Shown in pieces: positions 37,768 to 54,292 of a DNA stretch of 64,000 nt (positions are counted from its first letter, which is position 1; every line of letters begins with the position of its first letter). The position numbers were made by a program, and so were the translations under genes. The notes under the pieces were generated by a model. That model was not told where the DNA came from. It did no database searches and was given only the letters and a program-made list of their open reading frames with translations. Source of the DNA: Anthoceros angustus. Lineage: Eukaryota > Plantae > Anthocerotophyta. The DNA lies in contig MU008225.1 in the NCBI GenBank assembly GCA_010909165.1, positions 62,001-126,000 of the forward strand. Direction: 5' to 3'.

Positions 37768-38212
37768 AGCTACCGCCTGCAGATGCGATTTCCGGGAGAA
37801 GCAGCGCGAGCTCTAGGGACAGACAGTGCAAGAATAACGGAAGGAGTGAAAGACTGTCCAAAGAGGCCACCGCCGACTCATACAGACCAAACCTAAGCCC
37901 TGGACCAAGGAGTTCATAAGTAGGTACCGACCTAGATAGGTAAAATACTAAGTATATAAACTAAACGGACATTTGTTGTGTTATTATTTTTAGGTGAATC
38001 GGTAGAAAATTATTTTTATTTATTTTAAATATGATAAATGATCTATATTTAGAAAATAAAAAATAATATTATACTCACTCTACGCTCGAGGTGTTAAGAC
38101 TCAGGGGTCCCTTTTTCCTCTACCTCAATAGCAAACTCAAGAGTTTCTAATATTAGTCTTTGATCCTTAGTTTAGCTTAATTCGATATATATTTATTTAA
38201 CATTCCTGATTA

Positions 38213-38562
38213 CCGTACCGGAGGGGTGGTTCAACAGGATAATGCAGAAATAATCATTTTTTGAAAAAAATAAGGTTCAACATACATATTTATATTTTTC
38301 AAAATTTCAATATTTACAAAAAATAATTTTTATTAAATTTCAATATTTATTAAAATACATAGGTATATATATATAACTAATGGATATGTATAGACCTCCC
38401 CTAAACAGGCCCTAAGTTTCCACAAAAACCCTAATTTCCTTGTTTTCGGCATCATAAACTCATAAATTTTTACCTATTCAACATTTTAAGTATAATAATT
38501 TCTGGATTTTCAAATTTTGCTAATTTTAATTAATTAACGCCGAATCACCCCTTGGAGTACGG
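38213..38562. mobile_element. MITE with CCGTA termini and TA target duplication (mariner/pogo type)
   Basis: TA-CCGTACCGGAGGGGTGGTTC ... GAATCACCCCTTGGAGTACGG-TA imperfect TIRs; very AT-rich interior. Confidence 0.7.
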
Positions 38563-38642
38563 TACATATAAGTTTGAGAGTTTCAAGCATTCACATTATG
38601 GAACTTAGTTAAGTGCCAAGGTCTATTTAGTTAGGTGCCGAT

Positions 38643-41600
38643 ATGCAAAGCGCTTCTCCAACCTACTCATACGCTCGCATGTTGCAGGGGCGAGTGCGAG
38701 GCCAAGGGCGACAACGATGGACAGGGACTGGTGACACTCTACCATGTAAGGATGATTTGCAGCCATCAGCCTCGCCCCCATATTATGAGCCGTCGGGCAA
38801 GATGGAGAAGGTGACAGTCATGGTTACTACTCTGGATTATGCGCTTCAACAAAGGGTGACTGTCATGGACAGAACTTCAATTGAGTTCGAGGTTGGGAAA
38901 CAGATAGAAGGTAGGCCAACCATCTTGGATACCACGCCCATCCTTCGGATTGGCAAGGAGGAAGAAGATGCCACGAGACAACGGCAATGGTTTCTTGATG
39001 GGTCTGTTGTGCAGGAAGGGGATGATCAATTTGAAAGAAGCAGGAACGAGGATGCGGGTGCAGATGATCACAACGCAAGCTTCTAGTCCAAGCCTTTATC
39101 AAAGTCTTTGATTGAGCCAAGCCCAATGAAGCGTAGGCAGTATCCGAGCCAAAAAATGAGAGGGACTATGAAGTTGTATTGCATTGAGCAAATACAGAAC
39201 GCATGGTCTTCACATTGCTGTGGCAACGGATGTTTGCTGAAATTGGGAAAGAAGAATATAGAGAGCCTGAGACACTACTTCTTGGGAATGCCACGAGAGC
39301 AACATGAACTAAATTTGGAAGGATTGCTTGAGGTAGAACAAGTGAACTCCACTCGCAGTAAGGTGCTCAATTTCTTTTTGGGAGACGTCAGGACCCAATG
39401 TTGGGATCGAAGTTTTCGAAAAGTGTTCTGTATTGGATGGCGAAGATATCAGCATCTGAAAGACAGAGTCCTCAGGAACACACCTTGGTCATAGGAGTTT
39501 CAAGGACGCCCAAAGGGAGATCATGTTCTAGAATGCATTGCTTGGATGAAATAGTTTTTCAAGCTTACAGCTGAACGAATTCCCAATGTTCCCATTTTCA
39601 ACTTGCTTGATTCATACACCAAAGGAGAGATTTCCAAGACTATAAACGCGAGGTTTTAAGAGCTGATTTGATTAACGTCTCTCACTCTCACTTCTGTGCT
39701 TTGTGAAAGAAACATTTCCCAAAGTCAAGATACTAAAGTGTAGCCGTTTTGTCTTCTATTTGGCTTCTATGACTTGAGTGCACGCACTCCAGTGGACGGG
39801 GCTGGAGTGTGCGCATTTATGCGCGCATTTGTGCAGCTAACGTTCTATTTGCGCCCACGGATGTCCAAACTTCTTTTTGGCAAATTCTGCATGGTGCATA
39901 TTAACATGAACCTGACGGCAGTCTTGCCAATGTGCATTTGTGGTGATAGAGGTCCATGAGCAGCACCTCCGTGCACATCGATTGGCGATCAAGCAGGAGC
40001 GGCTCAAACTTGCAAAACACCATTTGAAGTGTAAGGGACAACCTAGCAAATACATCGGCATTGCGATAGACGGAATGGATCAAAGCAAGACGGAGCTATC
40101 ACATTTTACTGGCCCCCCGAAGAATTTTGCAGATGGGCTTATTCGTGTTCATGTAGTGGGTTGTTTGTTGTACAACAACATTATGAGGACCAAGGTATTT
40201 GTCAACTTCTCGAATATTCGAAACAATGCCAATTTAACTATATATATCATCCAGGATATTATTCTCAACTATGACAAAGTTCTACCGAAGACGTTTTACT
40301 TGCAACTTGACAACATGGTCAGAGAAAACAAAAATATGTTGTTGTTTGCATACTTAAGTATGCTTGTCAAGAAGCGGGTCTTCGATAAAATGAAAGTTGG
40401 ATTTCTTCTTGTCGCGCATACGCATGATACAGTTGATCAAATGTTCTCATGCTTTTCTAAAAGTCTCAAGCACAAAAAGGCAATGTCACTAGAAACCCTT
40501 ATGACTTTGATTGAATAGGAGTATACACCTAATCCAGAAGTAAAAATGGTTTCTGAGGTGGCCGATTTCAGGAGCATTGTTTGGCCCAATGGGATGGGTA
40601 AAAGGGGGGCACAAGATGCCGCATTTTGGATTTTGCACAATCATAGTTATCAACATCAATTCAAAATTTCTAGAGAAGGAAGAGCTGGCGGAGCAACGGT
40701 AATAGTTCTTCGCGGAAAACCACATTCTACTAACTCACATTGGGAACCTTTGGAGGGTTTGGAGTTCCTTCGTAGGATACCTAAAACAGAAATACTGGGA
40801 GCGCCTTTATGTCCTCTTCAAGTACATGGGAAACTTCCGGATGCAGACCCTCATAAAGCAAACCTGTTCCACCATACTTTGTCCTCGACAGAAAGGTACT
40901 TTTGCATCGGCTCTTCGAGAGCTTTCGTAATGGGAGTGGTACAACAATGAGCAGATTGAGCAAAACCCAAACCCCATCGCTGTTCCAGATGTCTTCGTTC
41001 TTCCTGCTCCAGTTTCACGAAACCTTGAACCTCGTCACATGTATCTCGGGAATTATAGGCCACCGGGTGCCAGAGTCGTAGGGTTGGCGAGATTTGATGG
41101 AGATGTGTCCGAGAACAGACGAGGCCATATGATTGCAGTTCCATGTGAGACAGATGATCAAAATAGGCCTTTTTGGATCGCTGAAGTCTAGGACTTGGAT
41201 TTACATGCGACGAGCCTTACCTAGTTGTCCAATGGTGGATGATAGAGAATAGCAATGCGTTCAAAGGAAGGTACCTACCAGAGGAGATATTGGCTCCAAG
41301 CAACAGTGATAGAGAGGGATTGCGGGAACGGAGGAAGCAACCGAAGCATCTGGATCATCTATTGATATATAAGACATTGATTTTAGCATACGGGTTCTCT
41401 TTTGCAAGGGATAACACTCTACAAATGCGAACGCAAGAGCTCATCAAGAGAAAGTTGTTTGATATTCAACATCTACTAGGAGTGCAAGAAGATCATACAA
41501 ATGAGGAGATAAGTGCAAACCACCCATCAGAAGAAGAATTCGGAATGGACCAAAATGTTGTTTCGGATCAAAACCCCGAAATTAAGAAGGGAGTAGAAGT

Positions 41601-41775
41601 GCAAGCAGGCGCCGATGATGATGTGCAACCGACTTGCAATTCTGCTCCAATCACGACAAGGACCCGTGGCAGAGGCAATGGAATGGCGAGTGCTATTGGT
41701 GCTTTTGAAGGCATGTTTGAGGATAACCTGGTACCAAGTCACCACCGAAAGTGGTGGAAACATCTTAAAGGATAA
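38643..41775 (+). mobile_element. Degenerate DNA transposase, Sola-like
   Basis: IAIDGMDQSKT...FYLQLDNMVRENKN...FLLVAHTHDTVDQMFS (DDD-type core), an upstream Cys-rich segment (HCCGNGCL) and a downstream RPFWIAEV...VVQWW segment. In-frame stops are present; TIRs were not found. Confidence 0.7.
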
Positions 41776-43282
41776 AAAGTAGATAGGGTGTTCTTCGTTA
41801 CATTAGGGCATAGGATATATCTATGAGAGCGGTCTAGGTGAATTCGTGCCGTTGTCTGCAACTTGTGTTTTCAACGGGAGTTTTGGCACATCCGAAGACC
41901 TATGAAAGTCCATGTTTTCCCATTAAAATATCTTTTCCCCTGATCTTTCTCCATAGTGCGTGCACAAGTTTGCGTAGAGCCTTGTAGCGTGCGCGCAAGT
42001 GCGCGCCTAGGTCCTCCTGGAATACAAAATCATGGAGGACCACACAAAATTAGGGAACCACAGACATGCGGAAATAATGGAACAAAGAGGTCACTGACCC
42101 TTCATCATGCCTACTAAATTGCCATGAACAAAATTTAAGAAGTGGCTAGCTTGGTGTAAATGACCTGACATGAAGTGGCACCGCAGTTGTGAATGCCAGA
42201 AACCGATGAATGAACACCCTTCAAAAACAATAAAAACTAAACCAATTTGAATTTTCGGCGGAAAAGGGTTGGGATTTTTACCAAAACCCCTTTTGGCAAG
42301 AGAAACCCCTTTCTACCCAGACGCGGTTTAACCACATCGTCCATATATCCTCGAATCGTACACTTTAGTATCTACTATTTTATGGAAACTGTGTTACCAA
42401 ATCCTAGTTCTTAACGAAGGCCTACTCCACAATGAACATCATTTCAACAATGTTCAAGCGGCGATTGAAATAAAAGTTACATGCGAGTTAACGAGACCAA
42501 ACACAACAACAAAAAAACAATAACCTTTGAGGGAAGTAAATGTAAGTAATCATACACATACAACAATTAGAGAATACGGTATAGCCTCCGGGGTATTAAG
42601 CATACATGGATTATAAGGTGATTGCGAAGATGATAATTTTTGTTTTTCAGACGTGATCCCAGAAATTAATCATACAACTTTGAGAGGATAGATCATAATT
42701 TAGGCAGTTTACAGGCCTTGAGACTCAGGTGCTCAACATTTTCTAGATGGAGGGAGCATAGTTCTGATTTTGGGTGCCTAGCATGGTCTAGTTGGATGGA
42801 ACATGGTTTTGATTTTGTTTGCTTGTGCAATCCTTTTGTTTTTTGCGTTGTAAGGACCGGTATATCTTTCTATATGAGTCTCGACGACATGCCAAGTTGA
42901 AACGTTGGCCATGACCCTCGACTGGCTTAACAAAAGAAAATATTGTAGAGGAAAACCTCTAACAGTTTTTGTTATTTAGCTATCATCAACTTACACTAAG
43001 ATAAATCATCAAATTACACTATGTGTGGCCATTCTGGGCTAAATAGTCTTTTCAGCTTCCAATTCATTGGAATAATTATATGGAACTATAAACACCTATC
43101 TAATTTTTACTCTTAACTTATCTTCAACTTACTTCGAACTTATCACCTAATACGTAAGGGATCGATGTTGCTCCACTTTCTTTTGAACTACCTCAGTGAA
43201 AATAGAGCAAGATATGTTCAAGGTAGCCTCGTAAGACAGTTTTATAATAGACGACCCCGTAAGGCTTCTTACGGCAGGGGTG

Positions 43283-43899
43283 CATAACACCCCATCCCAG
43301 TAGTGATGGGACCGTGGAGTTCCAATGGACCCACATGTAGAGGTCCCTTATAGACGCCCCACTATTTCGTCCCTATGAACAAATTAGGCGGCGCTTGTTT
43401 TCGCGCCAATGTAGCTATCTATCCACTTAGTAACAAAGCTGGCTTGAGTGCTTTGCAAGAAAGCTCCATGCAGAGGCATGTTTAGAAGAGCAGCTTACTA
43501 AGAGCATGTTAAGCATGCAGCCCTAGAAAGTGTATGGTAGTAAATAATAGCTTAAAGCTTAAGTAAGTAGTCACTAAGATTGTAGCCAGGGCTTGTGTAT
43601 AAAAGGAGACCTAACCCTGGGCTAAAGATAGTTCAGCCTTGAGAGTTTGTTGCTTGGGCTGTGCCTTGAGAGCACTTGTTGCTAGGGTTGTAAGCACCTA
43701 AGGGGAGTGCTGTGAAGGAGCTTTGTGGAGGAGGTCAAGTGAAGGGAGAACTAAGCTCCTAGCTTAGGCAAAGATGGGGAGTTCTCTCTAGCCCTCAAAG
43801 ATGGGGAGTTCTCTCTAGTGCTGTGTTTGGTGCTGATTTATTACTCTAGTTTTGCTTCTAACTACGTGATTTTCCCCACCCCGTTCAGGGGGTGTTACT
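43283..43899 (+). repeat. Probable solo LTR (Ty3/gypsy-like, decayed termini)
   Basis: TAACACCCC ... GGGGTGTTAC inverted ends and TATAAAAGGAG at ~43598. Confidence 0.6.
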
Positions 43900-43955
43900 T
43901 ATTTGGTGAATATGCTACCAGAAAAATAATCGTTGAAAAACAACTAGCGAGAAAA

Positions 43956-46232
43956 TTAGGTAGTGAATCCGTTGCCTTTGCCTTCCAATCGATAAATATG
44001 ATGATGGGTAGATTTAGGTGGCGATGGGCATATCCAAGATCCGCGTGCCTTTACGTCGAACGTATGTGGGAACGGCAAGCATGAGGGCGTGGGTGTAATA
44101 GCAACGGCTTGCCCAGGACTTAGACGATCGTCGACGGTTTGGCAAGCAAGCTTCTTATTCCCGACCAAGAAACTATGCACCAGCCCGTCCATGTCCGTCC
44201 AACAGCTCTGGCCTGGTTGCTTCCGTGCTTTGATTCTCTTTCTCATAGCGTGCATCTCCTGAGCCTGCTCCCACATCCGGGCACCGGTGTAAATGCTCGA
44301 CATCAAGAGATATGTTGCGGCATCCCTCTCATCTAGCTTCACTGCTTCATCGAAGGCACGGCGTCCTACATCCACATTACTCCACTTTCGACAGGCACTC
44401 ATGAGAGTGTGAAAAATTGAAGTATTAAGCTCTCCAGACATTCTGCGTATTAGTGCTAGAGCCTCGTCCAGTTGTCCTGAACGGCCCAGAAGATCCACCA
44501 TGCAGGTGTGGTGGTCAGCTGTGGGCGTGATGCCATACAGCCTGCTCATAGCCTCAAAGTACTCCTGCCCCTTGTCCACTAGACCCGTATGACTGCACAC
44601 TGTTAGGACACTAAGGAATACGACACCATCTGGCTGTATACCATCCTCTCCCATTTTGAGAAGCAAGTCGAAGACCTTTTTGCTGTCACCTTGGCGAGTG
44701 TATCCTGCAATCAGAGCATTCCACACGACAATGTCTCGTTCGGGCAGCGCCTCGAACACTTGCTGCGCTTCAAGCATGCTACCACATTTTCCGTACATGT
44801 TTATCAAACTACCAGCTACAAGCACATCATCTTGAAGGCCTTGTTCTTTGATCTGTATGTGAAGCTCCCTTCCGAGATGCAAAGCTGCCACACTTGCACA
44901 TGCCTGGAGGAGGCACACAAATGTCACTGCATTGGGTGCAACCACGCCTTCTTCTTGCATAGCCCTGTAAAGACCAAGGGCGTCCTGTCCCATGCCCTGC
45001 TGGGAATATCCTGCTATCATGGCACTCCATGTCACCACATTCTTTCTTTCAAGTCCGTCAAACACACCCTGGGCATCCTCCAGGCTGCCACACTTTGCAT
45101 ACATGTTAACCAGGCCGTTGGCTACAAACACATCACCCTGAAGCCCTCGTCGTGTAATTTGCCTGTGCAGTTGCCTCCCAGTCTCCAAACCTGAGGTTCC
45201 CGCACTAGCACAAGCCTGCAGGAGGCACACAAACGTCACAGAATCAGGTGCAGCCATGCCATCGTCTAACATTTCCCTGTACAGACCAAGTGCTTCCTCC
45301 CCCATGCTCTGCTGGGAATAACCTGCTATCATGGCATTCCATGTCACCACATTCTTCTCCCGAAGCCCGTCAAACACTCTTTGAGCGTCTTCCAAGCTGC
45401 CGCACTTGGCATACATGTCCACCAAGCCACTACAGACGAACACATCAGGCTCCACCCCACTAGCCAAGACATCAGCATGCACCTGCAGCCCAGATTCCAA
45501 GTCCTTTCCCCTCGCACAAGCCTGAAGAGCAGCCACAAACACATGACCATCCGCCTTCACACCGGACCCTCGCATCTCGTGATACAGCTGTACGGCCCGC
45601 TCATCTTCCCCCTGCCTAACGTGTGCAGAAATGACAGAAGACCACATGAAAGCATCTGGCTCTGCACCCATCCTAAACACGTCCATAGCTTCCTGCAGCC
45701 TGCCATGAGAAGCATACATCCGCAGAATGTGGTTGCACAAGAACGCGTCCGACTCATACCCCTTCTTCACAGCGAGGGCATGCACACGGCGACCCAAAGC
45801 CAAATCCTTCTTCACCACACACTCTTTCAGAACCGCATACACAAGAGCTTTGGAGACACGACACCCCCTGTAGCCCAGGACTCCCAGAGCTGTGACAGCC
45901 TCCGTCAGCTGCCCCTGCTCACATAGCTTGGTCACGCTTTCAGCCGTCACCCGCCTTTCGTATCCTGCAGGTTTTGCACTGCCACTGCCACTGCCAATGC
46001 CACTGCGACTTCCTGCTTCTGCCAGCTGCCCATCAACCCCGCCTGCCCTTCGTGCAGAGGTGCTGCACCTCCCGCCTTCCTTGTCCGTCAAGGCCTGATC
46101 CCTTGAGCTCAAGTGAACGGGAGCCTTCCCGGTCACCTCATCAACAATAATCTGTCTGGTGCAGTAAACCCATCCCCGAGTGCGATCCTGTTGCCCTTTG
46201 CTCGACGCAATTGCAACGTTCCAAGCAACCAT
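43956..46232 (-). CDS. PLS-class pentatricopeptide repeat protein with E domains and a truncated DYW-type start (organellar RNA editing factor family), intronless
   Basis: 758-aa ORF with repeated LVDMYAKCGSLEDAQRVFD / NVVTWNAMIAGY / PDSVTFVCLLQACA, TCMVDLLGRSG, and KQPGQSCWTDMDGLVHSFLVG. Confidence 0.95.
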   Translation of the reverse strand: MVAWNVAIASSKGQQDRTRGWVYCTRQIIVDEVTGKAPVHLSSRDQALTDKEGGRCSTSARRAGGVDGQLAEAGSRSGIGSGSGSAKPAGYERRVTAESVTKLCEQGQLTEAVTALGVLGYRGCRVSKALVYAVLKECVVKKDLALGRRVHALAVKKGYESDAFLCNHILRMYASHGRLQEAMDVFRMGAEPDAFMWSSVISAHVRQGEDERAVQLYHEMRGSGVKADGHVFVAALQACARGKDLESGLQVHADVLASGVEPDVFVCSGLVDMYAKCGSLEDAQRVFDGLREKNVVTWNAMIAGYSQQSMGEEALGLYREMLDDGMAAPDSVTFVCLLQACASAGTSGLETGRQLHRQITRRGLQGDVFVANGLVNMYAKCGSLEDAQGVFDGLERKNVVTWSAMIAGYSQQGMGQDALGLYRAMQEEGVVAPNAVTFVCLLQACASVAALHLGRELHIQIKEQGLQDDVLVAGSLINMYGKCGSMLEAQQVFEALPERDIVVWNALIAGYTRQGDSKKVFDLLLKMGEDGIQPDGVVFLSVLTVCSHTGLVDKGQEYFEAMSRLYGITPTADHHTCMVDLLGRSGQLDEALALIRRMSGELNTSIFHTLMSACRKWSNVDVGRRAFDEAVKLDERDAATYLLMSSIYTGARMWEQAQEMHAMRKRIKARKQPGQSCWTDMDGLVHSFLVGNKKLACQTVDDRLSPGQAVAITPTPSCLPFPHTFDVKARGSWICPSPPKSTHHHIYRLEGKGNGFTT

Positions 46233-46778
46233 CGCTCGCAGGAGCAGGAGTAGGCGCAGAAAAACACACGATCATTTCTCCCAACGAGCACTTGCATCAC
46301 ATGAAAGCCAGGTTTCGATCCTGGGAGCTGTGGACCACGGGGCCGGTTGTCTTCCGCGGCGCCAGTTCGATGCTCTTCGCCGTAGGCCCACTGTGTTTCA
46401 GAATGTTCGTAGAGCGACAGCTCGGCGTGAAAGTAAAATTTCAAAATGAAAGTTAAGTATCCAGTTAGTAACTAAGTTTAATAGTACATATACAGGTATT
46501 AGGTGCTTAAGTACAGATAAGATTGCCAGCATCTCGATTGTCGACTGCTGACGCACGTGACTCTCTGCTCGAGCCTGACAGAACTGTCCACGGTCAACCC
46601 GGGATTCTCCCGTGTCGCATCTCTGACGCAGCAGTGCACTCGAGGAATGCGTTAATCTCTCGAACTTGTTGCCAGGAATCGAAGCTCCCATCACATTTGG
46701 CTTCTGAATTGTGCGTGACTAGCATCGTGGTAGCGCTGGTTCCGGTGAGAAATCAAGATTGCGATTTGAGACGTGGCG

Positions 46779-48950
46779 ATGGCGTTCCCTGATTCGGTGC
46801 CCGAGCTGCTGGATGCTTCATCTGCAACAGTTTTCACGGTTTTGTCCCTGGGTGTGGCAACGTTAATGTTGGTGGTGCTGTTAGCCATTGGGCGGCAGGG
46901 GAAGAAGCCGCCGCTTCCTCCAGGCCCTTTCAATTGGCCTGTTGTGGGCAGCTTGTTTCTCGTAGGCCCGGAGCCTCATGTGTCCATGGCCAGGCTGGCT
47001 GAACGGTACGGCCCACTTGTGTACATGAGGCTGGGATCGCGGTCCACGTTGGTGGTCTCCAATGCAGAGGTGTGAGGGACTCCGAGGAGAATTACATACA
47101 CCAGCTAGTTCATGTTGGATCAACTTGAAGAAGTTCACGTTGCACTGTAAGCTAATGCTTGTGGCTGTGTTGCAGATGGCAAGGGAAATCTACCTGGTGC
47201 ACGATGCTGAGTTCGGGTCCCGTCCACCCATGATCGCTGGAGAGTATTTGAACTTTGATAACAACGGGTTGAGCTTCTCCCCCACTTCGGAACAATTGAA
47301 GCTGAGGCGGAAGATTATCAACACTGAGCTCCTGAGTGCGCACCGGATCAAGGATTTTCGAGATGTTCGGGAAGAGGAAGCGGCTGCAGTGGTGAATAAA
47401 GTGTGGGTATTGGATGGCTCGGGTGAGCCTCCCTCTCACCACCATGGCATTGTGGAATCGCCATGCTGGTCTTGTTGAATTCATGTCTAGGCTCGTTTCC
47501 GGCATTTTTCTGTGACGCCCTGTGGCATTCTAGGGAGAGGCTGAGCCTTGTGCGTTGGTCAGGGAAAACAGTGGATGTGCTGGAACTCACGATTGGACAC
47601 ACCACCAACAGTATGTTTCGGATGGTGTTCGGCAAGCAGTTTGATGGATCCGGGGAAGTGCTGCAGTTCTTCAAGGAGCTTGAGAGTCACCTTGTGGATG
47701 TCGTGGGGAGGTTCAACATTGGAGAGTACATACCCTGGCTGCGGTGCGAGCCTTGTCCTGTCCAGTTTTGAATTCCTTCCATGTCTATGTCCATGTCCGT
47801 GACCTGAGGTTGCAACTGTGTGACATGGTTTGGAACAACAGGTGGTTGGATTTGCAAGGCTTGGAGAAGGAATTCAAGAAACTCGGTGAAAGCCGGAAGC
47901 AGGTAATGCAGCCGATTGTTGAGGGGCACAAAAGAAGGCGTCAGGAAGGGTCGAGTTACGAGAAGTGCTTCCTGGATGTGTTGATGTCCCTGGAAGGCGA
48001 GAAGAGGTTCTCAGAGGCTGCCAGTTTGGCGGTGTGTGCGGTAAGCATCCGAGGACACCTACAAGCACAGGCCATGGCTACTGTTCTGGAGATGTCTGCT
48101 TGTCGGCAGCCTTACCACTGTCTGGTCTTGGATACGCTTGGACAGGATCTCACTGGTGCTGGGACACACACAACGGCCACTGTAGCGGAATGGTGCCTGG
48201 CGTACCTAATCCGCTACCCCCACGTCCAGGCCAAAGCTCACGAGGAACTGGACAGAGTGGTAGGCAAAGCAAGACGTGTGGAAGAGTCTGACCTCCCAAA
48301 GCTGCCCTATATAGAGGTGGGACGATGCGCTGCTCCACGCTGCAATCTGTCTTTCGCTTCAGACCTGAAGGAGTCGGGGTTTCTCACAATCGTGTTGGTG
48401 CAGGCAATTGTGAAAGAGAGCCAAAGAATGCGGCCTGCAACACTATTAGGTGTTCCTCACTACAACAGCAAGGAAGTAGTGGTTGCCGGCTACAGAGTAC
48501 CCGCCAACACTCAAGTCTTCATCAACCAGTGGACGCTCATGTACGACGAATCTACGTGGGAGAATCCCTCTGAGTTCAGGCCAGAAAGGTTTTTTGAACA
48601 AGACATCAGGCCATTCGGACAGGACTTCCGCTACCTTCCCTTTGGGACTGGACGACGAGGGTAGGTGCCCCGTCTTTTCCACGCAAGCATAGTCGATGAC
48701 CAGATTTCAAGAGCATGTCTGAGTATGAAAATTGGGCTGCAGCTGTCCTGGAATACACCTCGCCATGACTACTCTCCCCCTCAGCCTGGCGACCATGCTG
48801 CATGCCTTCGAATGGGGGCTTCCTCCTGGACAGGCCATCGAAGACATGGACTTCTCTCAAGCTTTTGGATTGGTTGCCCCAATGAAAAAACCGCTTATCG
48901 CAGTGGCCACTCCAAGACTCCCAGTGAACGTGTACAAGACCCATCTGTAG
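46779..48950 (+). CDS. Cytochrome P450, clan 71 (A-type), multi-exon
   Basis: Membrane anchor plus PLPPGP, I-helix AGTHTT, KESQR (ExxR), FRPERF, and PFGTGRRGCPG (split by an intron). Stop at 48950. Confidence 0.95.
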
Positions 48951-49299
48951 TAGCGGGGGCTAATAATCCCTTGTATCCCCAGCTACTACCGGTAATCCCA
49001 ATGCATAGGTGAACCTATGTAGCTACTCGAGGTACCTAGACTATGGAAATACGCTCTAAGTCCGTGTTGTGGACACATCAACCTGTCCATAACACGGATT
49101 CAGGTAGATGGAGAGTCTACTGAGCTCTCACTCAACTATGTAGGTCATACAAGCTATCATTCCTTTGGATAGTAGACCCTACGAGGTTACTGGCCGAAGG
49201 ACTGAATAGGACTTGATGCCGTGAAAGGCAAATGGTGGGTGCGAAAGTCAGGACTATTTCAGAAGAACACTACCTATGGAAACAGGGTCTGCAGTTCTT

Positions 49300-52502
<3,203 letters not shown>

Positions 52503-52897
52503 TCAAATCTAAACCATATGTACTGCCCACTATTCCTTCATTCCAATGAACGAGTAATGTATGCCGCCCAGAACTGCTTGATCATTCCCCTCTACGTCCC
52601 TCTGCGCAATCCAATGTGGATAAAAGCGTTCAGCGTGTATCACCTGCGTCGCCAATTGATTCGGGTGCTAACGAATTCTCTCCTGGCTGGCGGCGTCTTT
52701 GTGTCAGCCTGTTCCGCAGTGGCTCTCCTTGGTTGCCGCATCCTCAAGGAACCCCGTTTTCTACTGTCGCTGGTAAAGGCCAACCTGAAGAACTGGATTG
52801 GGTGGAGCAGGCTTGCAGGTCCCGCGCCGCCTTTGAAGAGAGGATGTTTTGCTGGATGTCACTGACGCACGTCAGGGGCTGATAGGATTGTTCCGTC

Positions 52898-54292
52898 ATG
52901 GGGATGAGGCATCGTCTGCTGCTACCTGCACGCAGTAGATCGGTTTCATCCATGGCACTCTCACGGCATGGGGGGCAGCTTGTCTACCCACAAATTTCCC
53001 GGGTTCCTTGCTGCGCGCTCTCCTCAGCTTCGACTCCCCAACCTGTGTCTAGAATCGCCTGGCGAGGCTCCCTTGTCTTCAGGCTGGTGGCGCTGTCGAG
53101 GAATTTCGCAGGGAGAGCCTCTAATAGAGCTAGGTCTACGCAAATGCGGCTGTCACAAGTGCCTCTAGGAGTAGGAGAAGTAGCGCTGATCGGTGAAGAA
53201 AGCCTGGGGCTGAAGGAGAAAGCAGAGCTCGTTGCCCAGCAGCTGGAGACTTCCGGGGAAAGCAAATCTGAGGAAAGCAAGTCCGGAGAGGGTGATGACG
53301 ACGCAGTTGTTTTTGCCAGAGATAAGGACCTGAAGCGCGGCCTGCGCAGGCTCGCTGGCAGCAACATCTTCGTAGGCTCCAGCCTCCGGAGCCTGCGCAT
53401 CAAGAATGCGGAGTTCATCAAGAGCAGCCCCAAAGTTTCTGAATGCCCCAGAGAGGGTCTTCCGGAGTTTGCAGTTGTCGGGAGGTCCAACGTGGGCAAG
53501 TCTTCTCTCATCAACACCATGGTGAATCGCAAAGAGCTTGCTCAGACCTCGAAAAGGCCTGGTATCCTCCATTCCTTGCAGGGTTCAGGGTTTAAGCAGT
53601 TGGTTGCAAATGCATATGCATCCATACATGCGAATGAATCCAGATAGCTCATACCCGACATTGTTGCAGGGAAAACGCAGCTCATCAATCACTTCAAGAT
53701 AGACAACCGCTGGTACTTGGTGGATCTTCCAGGCTATGGGTAATTCACTGCACGGCAACCCAACCAGTGGCTGTTGCTCGCTGTGTTCTCGTTGCTCAAT
53801 CCTTTTGTTTGCTGATAGGTTTGCCAAGGCTCCAACAGCTGTCCGGACTGACTGGAGTGCCTTCACCAAGGACTATTTTTTGAACCGGCAGAATCTGGTA
53901 GCCGTGTTTCTTCTCATCGATGCTAGCATTCCCCCGCAGAAAATCGACCTGGACTGTGCCAACTGGCTGGGGAGAAACAATGTAATGTGCTGTTTCGAGC
54001 GGACATTGTTGGGATGGAATTGTGAGTTCCTAATCGAAGTTGAGGGATAAATTTTGTGTCCCTCTGTGTGATGCAGATTCCAATGACCGTGGTGTTCACC
54101 AAGTGTGATAGGAAGAAGAAGAACAAGAATGGGGGCAGAAAGCCTGAAGAGAACATTCTCGACTTCGAAACGAGGTTAAAAGAGTCCTTCGCTGAGCTCC
54201 CTCCATGGGTGATGACCAGCTCTGCTACTGGGCAAGGCAAAGACGAACTCTTGACTCACATAGGAAACCTGTTGCAATATTGGAAAAGCTGA
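52898..54292 (+). CDS. EngB/YihA/YsxC-family GTPase, organelle-targeted, multi-exon
   Basis: G1 [42 protein letters not shown]. The start could also be the next ATG(s). Confidence 0.93.

Noticed and set aside
43257-43274. Helitron 3' hairpin (ccgtaag-gctt-cttacgg)
   Set aside because: No CTRR terminus at the expected distance and no helicase sequence nearby.
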